Shown here in pieces: positions 62,075 through 64,000 of a DNA stretch of 64,000 nucleotides. The stretch is from NCBI GenBank assembly GCA_009914755.4, contig CP068257.2, positions 43,552,001-43,616,000 of the forward strand, written 5' to 3'. The number at the start of each line of letters is the position of its first letter. Within the stretch, counting starts at the first letter, position 1. The translations under genes were made by a program, and so were the position numbers. The stretch comes from the human T2T-CHM13v2.0 reference genome, Homo sapiens. A model generated the notes under the pieces. That model was not told where the DNA came from. It made no database searches and was given only the letters and a program-made list of their open reading frames with translations.

Positions 62075-64000
62075 GCCCAAGGCTATTCAGTGTCTTCAGT
62101 CTCTTTTCATTCTTCTCAAACATCCAGAGTTTCTGAAACTCACGTAGTTTGCTCATAAACTACTCAAGGTAGTTTGCTGTACCTTGTTTTTCTCACCCCA
62201 GCAAGCAGGGATATTGCTGTTACTGGTGTTAGGATTATTAACACAGTGAGTTTAACTTTATTCATGTTTATGGTTCCCTTGCTTCAGTATCTCTTTTTGT
62301 GTCTTCAACTTTCCTTCTGGGATTATTTTTCATCTTCAAAGGTCCTTTACTGAGATGTGTTTATGGTAAACCGTGTTGGTTTTTCTTTGTCTGGAAGTAA
62401 TCTGTATTTTCCTCTTAATTTTGAAAGATAGTTTTGCAGATAACAGAAGTCTAGATTGAGAGTATTTTCCCCAAGTGCTTTGAGATATTACTGGCGCCTC
62501 CCGGCACCCAGTGTGGTAAGGAAGCTGGCTCTCAGCCTTGTTGCTGCTCTTTTATGGGTCATCTGCGTTTTCTCTCCTGGGACTCAGCATCCTCTGTCTT
62601 TGTTTTCTGCAGGTTCACCATCGCTCTCCAAATGTGGGTTTCTTTTGATTTAGCCTGTTGGGATTCACTGGGCCTTCTGAATGTGAGGATTTATGTCTGG
62701 AAAATCCTCACCTGACATCTCCTTGAATGTGACCTCTCCTGCATGCTTTATTGTCTCTTTCTAGAATATTCTTTACATGAAGATGAAGCCTGTACATTCT
62801 CTCTTCTGTGTCCTTTCATATTTCTTTGATTTTCTATCTCTTTAGCTTTCTTGGCTGCATTCTGTGTAACATTATCAGATTTATCATTCGGTTCATGACT
62901 TATCTTTCAAGTGTGTCGAATTTGCTATTCATGTTTCTAATTTCAATGATATTTTAATTTCTAATTGTATTTCATTTCTGATAACATCTTGTTCCTTTGT
63001 CACACTTCAGTACCCTCTCTTATTTCTGTAAATATGTTAGCCGTCATTACTGTATACTCTGCCTTGGATTATTCCACTATTTGCATTGTGATGAGTCTGA
63101 TTGTACATTTGGTTGTTTCTGCTCACTTACCCATGGTGGCCGGCTTCCTGGTGCGTGTGGTGCCTCTGTGTTGTGAAATCACGTTTGCATGCGTGGGACT
63201 CTCAGGCATCCGAGGGTGGATCCCTGCAGAGGCTTTGTGCCTGCCTTTGCCAGGACCCGAGCAGCCCACTTGGAAGTACATTTTGTGGGTGTGGATGCTT
63301 TAAACCTTGAACCCACTTGAGGATGGCCAGTGGTAGAAATTCTCGAGACTTTTTCTCTTATTTGCTCCTCTTTTCAGAGCTGAGGCTCATGCAGCAAGCG
63401 TCCCTGCCACTTCCCCGTGACTGGCGGGTTTCCCTGGCTCACTCTTGAGGGCCCCTCTTTTGGGCTCCTGGCTTCCTGCAGGGCTTCTGCTCTGGGTTCC
63501 TGCCTCACACAGGCCCCAGGCTTCATCTCTGTGCTTGCCTGGGGCTCATTAATGTTCAGGATCCTGGACAGCAGGGATCAACAGGACCTGTACAGACGGT
63601 GCTGTGCCCAGCTGGACTCACGCTTCTCCATGGCCTCAGGCCTTTTGGGATTCAAGTTACCTTCTCCCCAAAAAGATTTTCAAATGTGATGTTATTGGGC
63701 ATTTTCGGGTTTTAGAGGCTGTCTGTTGGGAGGCCTCCTCCCCCATCTCTTCTGCTGTATTCTGGAAGGGGTGTTCCTGGCCCACCTCCTCAGGATTAGA
63801 GAACTGCATTGCGGCCGACATTTGAAGGACTCGACACAGTGGCCCAGCCTTCCTGTTCATCTTCTCTCTCTGCTTTCCAGCCTCTGCTAGGCCTGTGCAC
63901 CGTGGTGTGTCTCCTGCCCGCTCCCTGCATGCAGAACGTCACTTGTTCTACAGCTTTCCCTGATGTGGTCTCACTGTCCCTGTCCCTGTGGCCACTTATG

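Overview
This window is human (primate) nuclear DNA, not a prokaryotic locus. About half of it is Alu, L1, MIR and Tigger-like repeats plus micro- and minisatellites. I identify it as the 3' end of ADARB1 (ADAR2, the dsRNA-specific adenosine deaminase / GluR-B RNA-editing enzyme) on chr21q22.3, plus strand. This rests on three plus-strand exons whose conceptual translation reproduces, from memory, the C-terminal deaminase-domain sequence of ADAR2, [20 protein letters not shown] through [13 protein letters not shown] followed by a stop codon. The three coding exons are 15474-15655, 31750-31928 and 32932-33111, each with a polypyrimidine-tract/AG acceptor. The intron after the first exon appears to use a non-canonical GC donor. 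An Alu-free stretch after the stop codon (about 33112-37450) is the presumed 3' UTR. It contains a roughly 33-copy 42-bp G-rich minisatellite and several candidate poly(A) signals. Other features are a perfect 95-bp inverted repeat with a 592-bp spacer 7.7 kb downstream of the stop codon, three more minisatellites (36-, 38- and about 39-bp units), a small CpG island with 12/13-mer tandem repeats (a possible ncRNA promoter), and a U2 snRNA 5' fragment. There are about 18 Alu insertions, several with clear target-site duplications nested inside old L1 copies. I see no CRISPR array, operon or prokaryotic defence-type system. All long six-frame ORFs outside the three exons lie on tandem repeats or L1 remnants and are artefacts. 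Coordinates of repeat boundaries are approximate (about +/-10 bp). Family assignments of old repeats are from memory of consensus sequences, not from a search.
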